Source: Myxococcota bacterium (GTDB lineage: Bacteria; Myxococcota_A; UBA9160; UBA4427). Taken from it: DNA of 32,661 bases. The notes under the pieces are model-generated. The model searched no databases. It saw only the letters and a list, made by a program, of their open reading frames with translations, and had not been told where the DNA came from. The position numbers were made by a program, and so were the translations under genes. Positions 1-9,308 of this stretch are shown here, piece after piece (the stretch's first letter is position 1; every line of letters starts with the position of its first letter). The stretch spans positions 1-32,661 of the forward strand of contig JAYZFK010000063.1 in the NCBI GenBank assembly GCA_036336835.1, in the 5' to 3' direction.

Positions 1-615
1 CGCGCCGAAGTTGGCCGTGATCACGTGCCAGGCATCCCGATCGGACATGGTCGCGTACGTGTAGCCGCCGTTCTGGTTGTCGGCACCCGGATGCAACGAG
101 GCGCCGATCTGCGACCGCACACCCCAGGAACGGTCGCGCATGCCGAAGGCATCGACGGCGATCACCTCGTTGCCAATGCGAATCGTCCCGCTGTAGCGCC
201 CCGGCTGATCGAGGTGGCTGCCGGCCAGCCGGTTCGGCTCACAGATGCCCTCGAAGGTGAGGTGGATCTCCACTTCCTCCGCGTCGGGGTCGAGGTAGTG
301 GATCTCGTAACCACGCAACGGCTCGAGACACCGGTAGTGGATGCCGTTGGCCAGCCGGATGTCGCTGAGATCCTGGTCCGCTGGAATCGGCAGGTGCCAC
401 AGATTCTTGGCGTACACGCAGTTCCAGATCTGTGACCCACTGTCGTCCCACAGGAACGCACCGCCCGAAGTCACGTTCTGGTTCGGGCGGAAGAACGGAT
501 AGAGCTGCCCCGAGAGCTTGCGCTCGGGCACCGCGAAGGTGAACCAGCAGGTCTCGGTCCAGAACGGATCGTCGCTGGTCGGCGCGTGGAAACGATCGTC
601 GAGATGCGGCTCCAT
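1..615 (-). CDS. Conserved hypothetical protein (DUF7064/DUF7065-like), truncated at the window edge
   Basis: Not in the ORF track. ATG at 615 with an AGAGGAG RBS upstream; open to base 1. Translation MEPHLDDRFHAPTSDDPFWTETCWFTFAVPERKLSG...HLDQPGRYSGTIRIGNEVIAVDAFGMRDRSWGVR contains the WxEtxWFxF and RDRSWGxR motifs I associate with this family. Confidence 0.75.
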   Translation of the reverse strand, partial: MEPHLDDRFHAPTSDDPFWTETCWFTFAVPERKLSGQLYPFFRPNQNVTSGGAFLWDDSGSQIWNCVYAKNLWHLPIPADQDLSDIRLANGIHYRCLEPLRGYEIHYLDPDAEEVEIHLTFEGICEPNRLAGSHLDQPGRYSGTIRIGNEVIAVDAFGMRDRSWGVRSQIGASLHPGADNQNGGYTYATMSDRDAWHVITANFGA

Positions 616-685
616 GGGTCTCTCCTCTCTACCGAGCTCGTGTGGTAAAGGTTCTAGCAGGATGCTTGCCGAAGGAGGGAATCCG

Positions 686-1753
686 GTGCACAAGAACCTC
701 ACAGTGGCATGCGCGATCCTGGCACTGGCCACGCTGGCGCTGGGCTGTGAGCGGCTGCTGGTCGGTGCGCTGGAACGCGGACTGCGCAGCAACCTGGCCA
801 ATGCGACGCAGCTCTCCGACTACGACGACGACGCGCTGCACGTGTTCCTGATCGGCACCGGATCACCCCTGCCCGACCCCGAGCGCGCGAGCGCCTGCAC
901 CGCGGTGATCGCGGGGCCGCACTTCATCCTGGTCGATACCGGGCCCGGCTCGGTCGAGAACCTGGCGTTGTTCAATCTGCCACGCGGCGAGGTATCCGGC
1001 GTCCTGCTGACGCACTTCCACTCCGACCATATCGGCGATCTCGACGAAGCCATATTCCAGACCTGGGCCGCCGGCGGACGCGGGCAGCCGCTGCCCGTAT
1101 ACGGCCCGCCGGGCGTCGAGCAGGTGGTCGACGGCTACTCGCGCGCCTACGCGATCGACACGAGCTACCGGACAGCCCACCACGGCGCCGACGTGATGCC
1201 ACCGAGCGGCGGGACTGCAACCGCCCACACCGTCGAGCTCCCGGCCCCCGGCGAAGCCAGCGTGGTGTTCGAGCGCGACGGCCTGCGCATCAGCATGTTC
1301 GCAGTCGACCATGAGCCCGTCGCCCCGGCTGTGGGCTACCGGTTCGACTACCGCGGCCGCTCGGTCGTGATCAGCGGCGACACCGCCAGATCGCCGAGCC
1401 TGGTGGCCAACGCGCAGGGTGTCGACCTGCTCGTGCACGAAGCGCTCGCCGGGCACCTGGTAACGCTCTTGAGTCGCGTGGTTGGCGAAGCGGGCCAGCC
1501 GCGCCTGTCGAAGATCATGACGGACGTCCTCGACTATCACACCACACCGGAGGAGGCGAAGGCGATCGCGGACGAAACCGGTGCGACCCTCCTGGTACTC
1601 ACGCACAACGTCCCGCCGCTGCGCAATGCGCTGATCGAACGGCTCTACGTCCGGGGGGTGGACATGGAAGCGGTCGTCGTCGGCGATGACGGCATGCACT
1701 TCCGGCTCCCGGCCGGCAGCCATGCCATCGAGCAGCAGGAGATCGGCGGCTAG
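686..1753 (+). CDS. MBL-fold metallo-hydrolase, RNase Z/AtsA-like, with a probable lipoprotein signal
   Basis: GTG at 686 after AGGAGG (673-678). Motifs IGTGSP, LVDTGPG, THFHSDH, DHEPV, SGDT, LLVHEA, YHT, LTH. Hydrophobic N-terminus ends in ALGC. Confidence 0.85.
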   Translation: MHKNLTVACAILALATLALGCERLLVGALERGLRSNLANATQLSDYDDDALHVFLIGTGSPLPDPERASACTAVIAGPHFILVDTGPGSVENLALFNLPRGEVSGVLLTHFHSDHIGDLDEAIFQTWAAGGRGQPLPVYGPPGVEQVVDGYSRAYAIDTSYRTAHHGADVMPPSGGTATAHTVELPAPGEASVVFERDGLRISMFAVDHEPVAPAVGYRFDYRGRSVVISGDTARSPSLVANAQGVDLLVHEALAGHLVTLLSRVVGEAGQPRLSKIMTDVLDYHTTPEEAKAIADETGATLLVLTHNVPPLRNALIERLYVRGVDMEAVVVGDDGMHFRLPAGSHAIEQQEIGG

Positions 1754-1771
1754 AGCCCCACGACCGGGAGA

Positions 1772-2953
1772 TCAGGCGGGCCGGCGCTCCACCAGGGCCA
1801 GACCGTTGTCTCGCATGATCCCCTGAATCTCGTCCTTCGAGAAGCTGGGCAGATCGTTCACGAACGACACGGGCTCCGCGAGGCCCTCGGCGTGGGGGTA
1901 GTCGGAGCCGAACAGGATGTGATCGGCGCCGATCAGCGCGCGCAGCTGCTCGATGTCGTCCTCGTAGTACGGCGCCACCCAGACGTGCTTGCGAAACGCC
2001 TCGCACGGATCCTGTTGGAAACCGAACGGCATCTGGCCGTAGGCCTTCTTCAGCTTCGCGAGCAGCGGTGGCACCCACGAGCTCCCGGTCTCGATCGTGG
2101 CAACGCGCAGGTTCTCATGCCGATCGAACAGCCCGTCGCAGATCAGCGTCGCCAGCAGATCCGAGATCGGACTGGCCGACATGCACAGCCGCTTGGGCTG
2201 GAAGTCGAAGGCCTGGAACTCGCGGGCACCCCCCCAGGCCTCGGAGTACTTGAGGTATCCCCCGTCGCCGGAGTGGTAGGCCACGGTGATCCCGGCCTCG
2301 TTGACGCGCGACCAGAACGGATCGAAGCGCGGATCCGCGGGCGAGAACGAGCCTTCGGGCGTCACGATGGGCGCCGCGCGCAGGCAGATCGCCCGCGCGT
2401 CGTTGTCGAGCGCGAACTCGAGCTCCTCGATCGCCGCGTCGACGTCGACCATTGTGATGTAGGGCGCAGCGTAGAGACGCTCCTGATGGGCGAAGCCCCA
2501 GTCCTCCTCCAGCCAGCGGTTGAACGCCTTGAACGCAGCGACCAGCGCATCTGGATCGTCGATCAGCGCCTCCTCCATGCCGACGCCCAGGGTCGGGAAC
2601 AGGAAGCAGGCGTCGAGGTCCTGCGTATCCATCAGTGCGAGCCGCGCGTCGCGGTCTCGATAGGCGGGGTTGATCGGATCGAGCTCGCCGAAGAGCTCAC
2701 GAACACCCTTGGCGTCCTTGTTCTGTCCGCGGAAGTACGCGTCGAGCGAGCCGGGCCTGGCCACCGGGTCGAAGACCGGATTCGGGATGAAGCGGTTCAC
2801 CTTGCCTGCCACCAGCAGGCACCTGCGCCCGCCCACCTCGGCCCACTGCATCGCCCGGCGCTTGAAGCGCGGGTCCAGGTGGCGAATGAACGCATCCTCG
2901 TGCTCGTAGTAGTGGTTGTCCGCGTCGAAGGCCTTGAAGCCCAGATCGGTCAT
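1772..2953 (-). CDS. Amidohydrolase family protein (Amidohydro_2, LigW/ACMSD-like TIM barrel)
   Basis: N-terminal DADNH, FNRWL, FWSRVNEAGITVAYH, IETGSSW and LFGSDYPHAEG motifs. Confidence 0.9.
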   Translation of the reverse strand: MTDLGFKAFDADNHYYEHEDAFIRHLDPRFKRRAMQWAEVGGRRCLLVAGKVNRFIPNPVFDPVARPGSLDAYFRGQNKDAKGVRELFGELDPINPAYRDRDARLALMDTQDLDACFLFPTLGVGMEEALIDDPDALVAAFKAFNRWLEEDWGFAHQERLYAAPYITMVDVDAAIEELEFALDNDARAICLRAAPIVTPEGSFSPADPRFDPFWSRVNEAGITVAYHSGDGGYLKYSEAWGGAREFQAFDFQPKRLCMSASPISDLLATLICDGLFDRHENLRVATIETGSSWVPPLLAKLKKAYGQMPFGFQQDPCEAFRKHVWVAPYYEDDIEQLRALIGADHILFGSDYPHAEGLAEPVSFVNDLPSFSKDEIQGIMRDNGLALVERRPA

Positions 2954-3015
2954 GGTCCCTGTCCTCTCGTGGCCCGTGGCAACGACCTGGAGTAAGAATG
3001 AATTATCGAGTAAAT

Positions 3016-3030
3016 ATATTCAATGAATAT
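3016..3030. promoter_or_regulatory. Perfect palindrome ATATTCA-A-TGAATAT, candidate TetR operator
   Basis: 7-bp perfect inverted repeat in the AT-rich spacer between the divergent amidohydrolase and TetR genes. Confidence 0.6.
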
Positions 3031-3031
3031 C

Positions 3032-3060
3032 TTGTCACGAAAATTTAGCAGCTGTATGTT
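3032..3060 (+). promoter_or_regulatory. sigma70-type promoter for the TetR gene
   Basis: TTGTCA (3032-3037), 17 bp spacer, TATGTT (3055-3060), followed by an AAGGA RBS and ATG at 3085. Confidence 0.6.
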
Positions 3061-3084
3061 TCCGATACCACGAAGGAAACCTCG

Positions 3085-3696
3085 ATGCCGCGCACCGGGA
3101 CTCGGCAGGAGCAGAGCCAGCAGAAGCGCGAACGGATCCTCGAGGCCGCCCGCGGCTGCTTCGGGAGTCACGGCTTCGCCGGGGCGACCGTCGGGGCCAT
3201 CGCCTCGGGCGCCGGCGTGTCCAACGGCCTGCTCTACCAGTTCTTCCGCGACAAGGAAGAGCTGTTCCAGGTGGTCGTCGGCGAGGTGGTGCGCGACTGG
3301 GTGCGCGCCCTGGTCCCGAGCGAAGCGGAGGCACTGCCTCCCGGCGAGAAGCTCGAGGCCATGTTCCGCCGCTCGGTGGCCTTCTGCCGCAGCAACCCGC
3401 TGCTGCCCGCGATCCTGACCGGCGACGAGTTGCTCCAGCTCGAGCGGATCGGCAACCCCGACCGCGATCGCATCCACGCGCACCGCGATCTGATCGAGAG
3501 CGTCGTGCGTGACGGCATCAGCGCGGGCGAGTTTCGAAGCGATCTGGACACCGCGTCGGTAGCGGACGTGATCCAGCAGCTCCACATCGACTACTCGACC
3601 CGCGCCTATCGGCGCGATCCGCAGTTCCCGTCGCACGACGCCTTGATCGACGCCGCCTGCCGTTTCGTCCACGATGCCGTGAAGACGGTGCACTGA
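3085..3696 (+). CDS. TetR/AcrR family transcriptional regulator
   Basis: N-terminal HTH RERILEAARGCFGSHGFAGATVGAIASGAGVSNGLLYQFFRDKEELF; C-terminal GISAGEFRSDLD. Confidence 0.93.
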   Translation: MPRTGTRQEQSQQKRERILEAARGCFGSHGFAGATVGAIASGAGVSNGLLYQFFRDKEELFQVVVGEVVRDWVRALVPSEAEALPPGEKLEAMFRRSVAFCRSNPLLPAILTGDELLQLERIGNPDRDRIHAHRDLIESVVRDGISAGEFRSDLDTASVADVIQQLHIDYSTRAYRRDPQFPSHDALIDAACRFVHDAVKTVH

Positions 3697-3713
3697 ACGA
3701 GCGCGATTGCTCT

Positions 3714-5393
3714 CTAGCTCCGCGCCGCGACCTCATCGCGAATCTGGCGCTTCAGGATCTTGCCGGTAGCGCCGCGCGGCAGCTGCTCGCGCCGGAAGTC
3801 GACACAGGTCGGAATCTTGAACGCGGCGATGCGCACAGAGAGGTGCTCGCGCAGGCCGTCCTCATCCAGCTCGGCTCCCGCGCGAACCACCACGGAGGCG
3901 GCGACCTCCTCGCCGAGACGTTCGTGGGGCAGCCCGTAGACGGCGGCCTCGTAGACCGCGACGTGCTCGTAGATCGCAGCTTCGACCTCGGCGCAGTACA
4001 CGTTCTCGCCCGCTCGCAGCACCATGTCCTTGGCGCGGTCCTGCACGTAGACGAAGCCTTCTTCGTCGATCGTCCCCAGGTCGCCGGAGCGCAGCCAGCC
4101 GTCGACGATCGCCTCGGCCGTCGCCTCGGGCTTGTTCCAGTATCCGCGGATCAGCATCGGCCCGCGGAACCACAGCTCGCCGATCTCTCCGGGACCGAGC
4201 ACGCTGCCTTCGGTGTCGGTGACTCGCAGCTGCATGGTCGGCACCGGGCGACCGGCGCTCTGCGGCTTGCGCAGATAGTCGTCGCCGCTGTTCTGCGGTC
4301 CGTAGGCGTTCGTCTCGGTCATGCCGTAGCCGATGCCGGGGCGACCCCGCTTGAAGCTGCCTTCGATGCGCTTGACCAGCTCCGGCGGCGCGGGTGCGCC
4401 GCCCCCTCCCACGTTCGTGAGGCTCGACGTATCGCGCCGCTCGAAGTCGGGGGACTCGAGCAGGTCCCAGGACTGGGTCGGCACGCCGACGAAGCGGGTG
4501 ACCTTCTCGCGCTCGATCAGCTCGAGGGCACGGCCGGGTTCCCACTTGTACATCATCACCAGCTTGTAGCCGGCCGCAAAGCACGACAGCATCACTGCGA
4601 GCGATCCCGTGACGTGGAACAACGGCACGATCAGGATGAATGACGTCGGGTTCGCAGCAGCCCGCTTCGCCTCGTCCGGAAAGCGCATCGCGTGGACCGT
4701 CGCCGAGCATCCGAAGGCGGCGAGCGCGCTGGTGATCGCGCGGTGCGTCGAAACCGCGCCCTTCGGAAATCCGGTCGTGCCGGACGTGTAAAGGATAGTC
4801 GCGTCCATCTCGGGATCGATCGCGACGTCGGGCAGCGGCGAACCGAGCGGCAGCACGTCGTCCCAGCGATCCGCTCCCGCCGGAAGCATCCCCTCACTGC
4901 GAACGACCAGAAACCGGATCCCGTGCTCCTCCGCCGTACTCGCGGCGACGCGCGCGCGCTCCGCGTCTGCGATGACGACCTTCGCACCCGAATCCTCGAG
5001 GCCGTAGCGCGTCTCGGCCTCGGTCCACCACGCGTTCAGCGACACTGAGATGGCGCCGATCGAGGTGATGGCGGCAAACGAGATGATCCACTCGGGATAG
5101 TTGCGCATCGCGATTGCCACGCGGTCGCCCGGCTGGATGCCGTAGCGCTCGACGAGCAGCGCTCCGAGCGCATCGACGTGGCGCATCGTCTCGGCGAACG
5201 ACCAGCGCTCGTCCTCGTAGACGAGAAAGGTCGCGTCACCGCGGGCACGCGCCGTATCGAACACCGCGCGCAGCGAGACGAGGGTATTCTCGAACACGCG
5301 CGTCTCGACGCCGCCGATCTCGATCGTCTCGATGGCAAACGGGCCGCCCGGCTGCGTCAGCTGTCGGGTCGCCTCTTCGAAGGTGATTCCCAT
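3714..5393 (-). CDS. Class I adenylate-forming enzyme (long-chain fatty acyl-CoA ligase-like)
   Basis: AMP-binding YTSGTTGFPKG, GYGMTET, GWLRSGDLG, RAKDMVLRAGENV, and terminal GKILK motifs. Confidence 0.93.
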   Translation of the reverse strand: MGITFEEATRQLTQPGGPFAIETIEIGGVETRVFENTLVSLRAVFDTARARGDATFLVYEDERWSFAETMRHVDALGALLVERYGIQPGDRVAIAMRNYPEWIISFAAITSIGAISVSLNAWWTEAETRYGLEDSGAKVVIADAERARVAASTAEEHGIRFLVVRSEGMLPAGADRWDDVLPLGSPLPDVAIDPEMDATILYTSGTTGFPKGAVSTHRAITSALAAFGCSATVHAMRFPDEAKRAAANPTSFILIVPLFHVTGSLAVMLSCFAAGYKLVMMYKWEPGRALELIEREKVTRFVGVPTQSWDLLESPDFERRDTSSLTNVGGGGAPAPPELVKRIEGSFKRGRPGIGYGMTETNAYGPQNSGDDYLRKPQSAGRPVPTMQLRVTDTEGSVLGPGEIGELWFRGPMLIRGYWNKPEATAEAIVDGWLRSGDLGTIDEEGFVYVQDRAKDMVLRAGENVYCAEVEAAIYEHVAVYEAAVYGLPHERLGEEVAASVVVRAGAELDEDGLREHLSVRIAAFKIPTCVDFRREQLPRGATGKILKRQIRDEVAARS

Positions 5394-5759
5394 CTATCTG
5401 CCTTCGCGCGCCGCGCACACCTCGTCGAGGATGCGAAAAGCACTCACAGCCACCGGCCAGCCCGCGTAGTGCGCGATGTGCGTCAGCATGGCTTCGAGCG
5501 TCTCGCGCGAGATGCCGAGGTTGAGCGCGCCGTTCAGGTGAATGCGCAGCTCCGACTCCCGGCCGGTGGCCACCAGGGTGGTCACCGTGATCATCGAACG
5601 CTCCTGCAGCTCGAGCCCGGGACGCTGCCAGATATCGCCGAACACGTGCTCGAGCGTCAGCTTGGTGAACGCTTCCGGCATTCCGGACGCCGGCGGCGCG
5701 CCCCTGGTCAGCGTGATCGCGAGCTCGAGCCCCTTCTCGGCCTTCGTCTTCTCACTCAT
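5394..5759 (-). CDS. Carboxymuconolactone decarboxylase (CMD/PcaC-like) family protein
   Basis: FGDIWQRPGL..ERSMITV...HLNGALNLGIS...HIAHYAGWP signature; no CxxC; its stop abuts the ligase ATG. Confidence 0.88.
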   Translation of the reverse strand: MSEKTKAEKGLELAITLTRGAPPASGMPEAFTKLTLEHVFGDIWQRPGLELQERSMITVTTLVATGRESELRIHLNGALNLGISRETLEAMLTHIAHYAGWPVAVSAFRILDEVCAAREGR

Positions 5760-5916
5760 GGGTCGTCTCCCCGGCTCGAGCCGCGCTTCGACCGTCTCGC
5801 TGCACAGCGCGAAAGCACCATATCACGCCCCACGGCGTCGGAGCCTCCGGTAGGCTGCGCGCTGCGGCTCTCCGCACTCGAACACGGGAAGCCAGGCGGA
5901 CGATGGACGTGACGGG

Positions 5917-6705
5917 ATGAGCATGTGGAGTAACGATCGACCGGCGCCGCGCACGGCCGTCGTAACCGGAGCATCGACCGGACTCGGCCGGGCCATGGCC
6001 GTGGCACTCGGCGAGCTCGGCTGGCGGGTGGCGATCGGCGCCCGCCGCGCCGACCGACTCGACGAGACCGCCGCGGCAGTGACCGGTGCCGGCGGAACCG
6101 TGTTCGCCCACCCACTCGACGTCACCGATGCGGACTCGGTCGCCCGGTTCTTCGACGCGGCCGAAGCCGAGCTCGGAGGGATCGAGGTGCTGGTCAACAA
6201 CGCTGGGATGACGACACCCGGGCCGGTCGCCGCGCTCTCGGCGGATGAGATTCGTCGCGTGTTCGAGACCAACACGCTCGGCTCGATCTACTGCGCCCAG
6301 CAGGCCATTCGGCGCTGGCAGAGCTCGGGCCGCGACGACGGCGACCTCGTCTTCATCTCCTCGGAGACCGCGGATCGTCCCTGGCCCCAGAATCTCCCCT
6401 ACGGTGCTTCCAAGGCCGCAATCGAGCACATCGCGCGCGGCCTTCGTCTCGAACTCGCCGAATCCGGCACCCGCGTCTCGGTCGTGCAGCTCGGCCCGGC
6501 CGACAGCGAGTTCGGCTTCGGCTGGGATCCGGAGAAGATGGAGCAGGTCGTGCGCGCATGGAACGAGTCAGCCGTATTGACCCACCCCGGCATGATGACC
6601 CCCGAGGAAGTCGCGCGCGGCGTCGTACTCGCGCTGACGGCCCCGCGCGGCGTCGAGGTCCACGATCTCGTGATCAAGCCGAGCCGCACCACCATCGAGT
6701 CGTAA
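5917..6705 (+). CDS. Short-chain dehydrogenase/reductase (classical SDR)
   Basis: TGASTGLG, NNAG and YGASK motifs. Start is 5917 or 5923. Confidence 0.9.
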   Translation: MSMWSNDRPAPRTAVVTGASTGLGRAMAVALGELGWRVAIGARRADRLDETAAAVTGAGGTVFAHPLDVTDADSVARFFDAAEAELGGIEVLVNNAGMTTPGPVAALSADEIRRVFETNTLGSIYCAQQAIRRWQSSGRDDGDLVFISSETADRPWPQNLPYGASKAAIEHIARGLRLELAESGTRVSVVQLGPADSEFGFGWDPEKMEQVVRAWNESAVLTHPGMMTPEEVARGVVLALTAPRGVEVHDLVIKPSRTTIES

Positions 6706-6764
6706 GGCGCTTGCGGGCGCCGCTGCACTCGTTCACGATGCGGTCCTTCCAACGGAGGATGAAC

Positions 6765-7721
6765 ATGACCAACGTGTCGCGCTTTGGCTTCGACTCGGTC
6801 ACCGACGAGGTCCTCGACGGGATCGACTTGACAGGACGACTCGCTCTCGTCACCGGCGCTTCGGGCGGACTCGGCGAAGAGACGGCGCGCGCCCTCGCGG
6901 CGCGCGGTGCATCCGTCGTGATGGCGGCGCGCGACATGGCCAAGGGCGAGGCCGCCGCAGAGACGATCCGGGCGTCCACCGGCAACTCCGACGTCGCGGT
7001 CACGGAGCTCGAGCTCGACTCGCTCGAGAGCGTGCGCGCCTGCGCCAAGCGCTTCCTGGCCGAGCACGACCGGCTCAATCTACTGATCAACAACGCCGGC
7101 GTGATGGCCTGCCCGTTCGCCAGGACTCACGACGGCTTCGAGATGCAGTTCGGCACGAACCATCTCGGCCACTTCGTGCTCACGAATCTGCTCGCTCCCG
7201 CCCTGCTCGCGGGCGCTCCCGCGCGCGTCGTCAACCTCAGCTCGGGCGGCCACCGCATGTCGGACGTGCTGTTCGACGATCCGAACTTCGAGCGCACCGA
7301 GTACGACAAGTTCGTCTCGTACGGACAGAGCAAGACCGCAAACATCCTGTTCTCGGTCGAGCTCGACCGCCGGCTCCGCGAGCGCGGCGTGCGCGCCTAC
7401 GCCGTGCATCCCGGCGCGATCCCGACCGAGCTCGGGCGCCACATGCAACGGGCCGACGTCGAACAGCTGATGGCGTCGAGACCGGGTGGGGCGAAGATGC
7501 AGCTCAAGCAGGTGCCGGCCGGCGCGGCGACGAGCTGTTATGCAGCCAGCTCGCCAGACCTCGCAGATCGGGGCGGCATCTATCTGGAAGATTGCGGCGT
7601 CGCCGAGGTCCGCGACGAGAACGCCATGACCGGCGTGCGCAGCTACGCGCTCGACCCGGAGAGCGCAGTCAGGCTGTGGTCGCTGTCCGAGGAGCTGGTC
7701 GGCGAGCGCTTCGAGCCCTGA
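6765..7721 (+). CDS. SDR oxidoreductase, retinol dehydrogenase/WWOX-like subfamily
   Basis: GGAGG RBS at 6754-6758 before ATG 6765. TGASGGLG, NNAGVM, QFGTNHLGHF, YGQSKTAN, VHPG and RLWSLSE motifs. Confidence 0.92.
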   Translation: MTNVSRFGFDSVTDEVLDGIDLTGRLALVTGASGGLGEETARALAARGASVVMAARDMAKGEAAAETIRASTGNSDVAVTELELDSLESVRACAKRFLAEHDRLNLLINNAGVMACPFARTHDGFEMQFGTNHLGHFVLTNLLAPALLAGAPARVVNLSSGGHRMSDVLFDDPNFERTEYDKFVSYGQSKTANILFSVELDRRLRERGVRAYAVHPGAIPTELGRHMQRADVEQLMASRPGGAKMQLKQVPAGAATSCYAASSPDLADRGGIYLEDCGVAEVRDENAMTGVRSYALDPESAVRLWSLSEELVGERFEP

Positions 7722-7742
7722 GGCGCGGCCCCGGCGCGCTCG

Positions 7743-9197
7743 TCAGTCGACGTAGCCCAGGGCGCGCAGCTTCTCGAGCTGCCCGCGCAGCAGATCCCGG
7801 GCCGCGTTCGGCGCGCCCCAGTTCGGATCGGCTCGCTCCTTGCTCGGCATGCCCGCGGGGTCGGGATCTCGCCGAGCGCGCTCGCTCAGCTCCTGCGCGG
7901 CCGGCGAGGGCGGCGCCGCAGGCGACCACTGCGCAGGCTCGAGCTCGCCGGGATCGCTTGCCAGATCGTAGCGATAGCCCTGCTCGAGCCGGCCGTCGCG
8001 CACCGCAACCTGGAGTACCCACTTGTCGTCGCCCTGCCAGACCGCACGCCACTGGTTGTCGAGGTAGGTCGTCTCCGCGAACACGCGCCGCCCCGGATTG
8101 CCGTCTCGGGGCCGCAAGTCGCGGCCGGAGAGCCCAGGAGGCGTCACGACCAGCGCGTGCCCGAGCACTGTCGGCAGCACGTCGATGAGCGATACCAGAC
8201 GGTCGCGCGAGCCGGGCTCGACGCCGGGCGCACGCAAGAGCATCGGTATCCGCACCATCTCGTCGTACACCTGGTAGCCGTGCACGAAGTAGACCTGGTG
8301 ATCGAGCATGCTCTCGCCGTGATCGGCAGTGAGCAGCACTAACGACGACCCGCGCGAGGTCGCGGCATCGAACGCCGCGAGCAGCCGGCCGATGTGATGG
8401 TCGGTGTAGGCGATCTCCTCGTCGTAGGCATCGCGTGAGATCAGCGCGTCGACCTGCTGTCCCTCTTCGGCCTCCTCGCGCTGGATGTTGTTCTTCGCCA
8501 GACGCTCGGGATCGACCCAGCGCGGCTCGGCGTGATCGTAACCGCGCCGCGGCCAGTACTCGGGTGGCAGATAGGGTGAGTGCGGGTCCATGTAGTGGAC
8601 CCACAGGAAGAACGGTCGCTCCGGGTCGCGTTGCTCGCGCAGCCAGCGGAGCGCCGCATCGGTGAGCCCCTCTGCGCTGCGCTCGACGTTGTTCGTATAG
8701 AGAGCCGGTCGATCGACTTCGTCCTCGAAGTAATCGAACCGATCCGCCAGCCCCATCGCGTCGTCCGCAACAACCGCGTTGCCCACGAAGCCCGCCGTCT
8801 GGAAGTCTGCAGGCAGCAGGTCGGGGATCGCCGCGATTCGCGGCGGCAGCTTCTGGTAGAAGAGCCGGACGCGATGGCCGGCCGGGCTGCGGCCCGTCAA
8901 CATGCTGGCGACACTGGGCGGCGTGCGCGAGCCGGTGGCGTACGCGCGCCGGTAGAGCGCGGCGTCCGCAAAGAAGCGATCGATGTTAGGCGAGGTGTCC
9001 CGCTGGTAGCCGTAGATGCCCAGGTGGTCGGGGCGCAGGGTGTCGATCGAGATCAGCAGGACCGCGGGCGGCGCGGGCGCTCCGCCGCAGGCCGCTGCCA
9101 GCAGCGCGGCAGTGACCGCCGCGCCGCGCCGGCCGCACCAGGAGCAGTGCCGCGAAGCGGCGCCGGGATTGCTCCGACCGCCCACCGAAAACGCCAT
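7743..9197 (-). CDS. Sulfatase-like hydrolase/transferase (alkaline phosphatase superfamily), Thr at the nucleophile position, probable lipoprotein
   Basis: ISIDTLRPDHL, TPPSVASMLTG, HYMDPHSPY, YDEEIAYTD, TADHGE, RIPMLL and C-terminal LRALGYVD; LAAAC lipobox-like. Start 9197 chosen from -10 box geometry. Confidence 0.85.
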   Translation of the reverse strand: MAFSVGGRSNPGAASRHCSWCGRRGAAVTAALLAAACGGAPAPPAVLLISIDTLRPDHLGIYGYQRDTSPNIDRFFADAALYRRAYATGSRTPPSVASMLTGRSPAGHRVRLFYQKLPPRIAAIPDLLPADFQTAGFVGNAVVADDAMGLADRFDYFEDEVDRPALYTNNVERSAEGLTDAALRWLREQRDPERPFFLWVHYMDPHSPYLPPEYWPRRGYDHAEPRWVDPERLAKNNIQREEAEEGQQVDALISRDAYDEEIAYTDHHIGRLLAAFDAATSRGSSLVLLTADHGESMLDHQVYFVHGYQVYDEMVRIPMLLRAPGVEPGSRDRLVSLIDVLPTVLGHALVVTPPGLSGRDLRPRDGNPGRRVFAETTYLDNQWRAVWQGDDKWVLQVAVRDGRLEQGYRYDLASDPGELEPAQWSPAAPPSPAAQELSERARRDPDPAGMPSKERADPNWGAPNAARDLLRGQLEKLRALGYVD

Positions 9198-9275
9198 TCC
9201 GGGGAGGCTAGCAGCGCCGCGGCGGCGCCCGCGATGGGACAAGTACCCGGACTCAATAGACTTTTTGAGCTGCTA

Positions 9276-9304
9276 TTGGCAAAATACGGAATTGGGAATA
9301 TTAT
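9276..9304 (+). promoter_or_regulatory. sigma70 promoter of the DUF6502-like gene, predicted leaderless transcript
   Basis: TTGGCA (9276-9281), 17 bp spacer, TATTAT (9299-9304), then 7 nt to ATG 9312. No SD sequence. Confidence 0.7.
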
Positions 9305-9308
9305 CCCA
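9293..9308. promoter_or_regulatory. Palindrome TGGGA-ATATTA-TCCCA overlapping the -10 box, candidate operator
   Basis: Inverted 5-bp arms around an AT-only core, covering the -10 hexamer. Confidence 0.55.
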
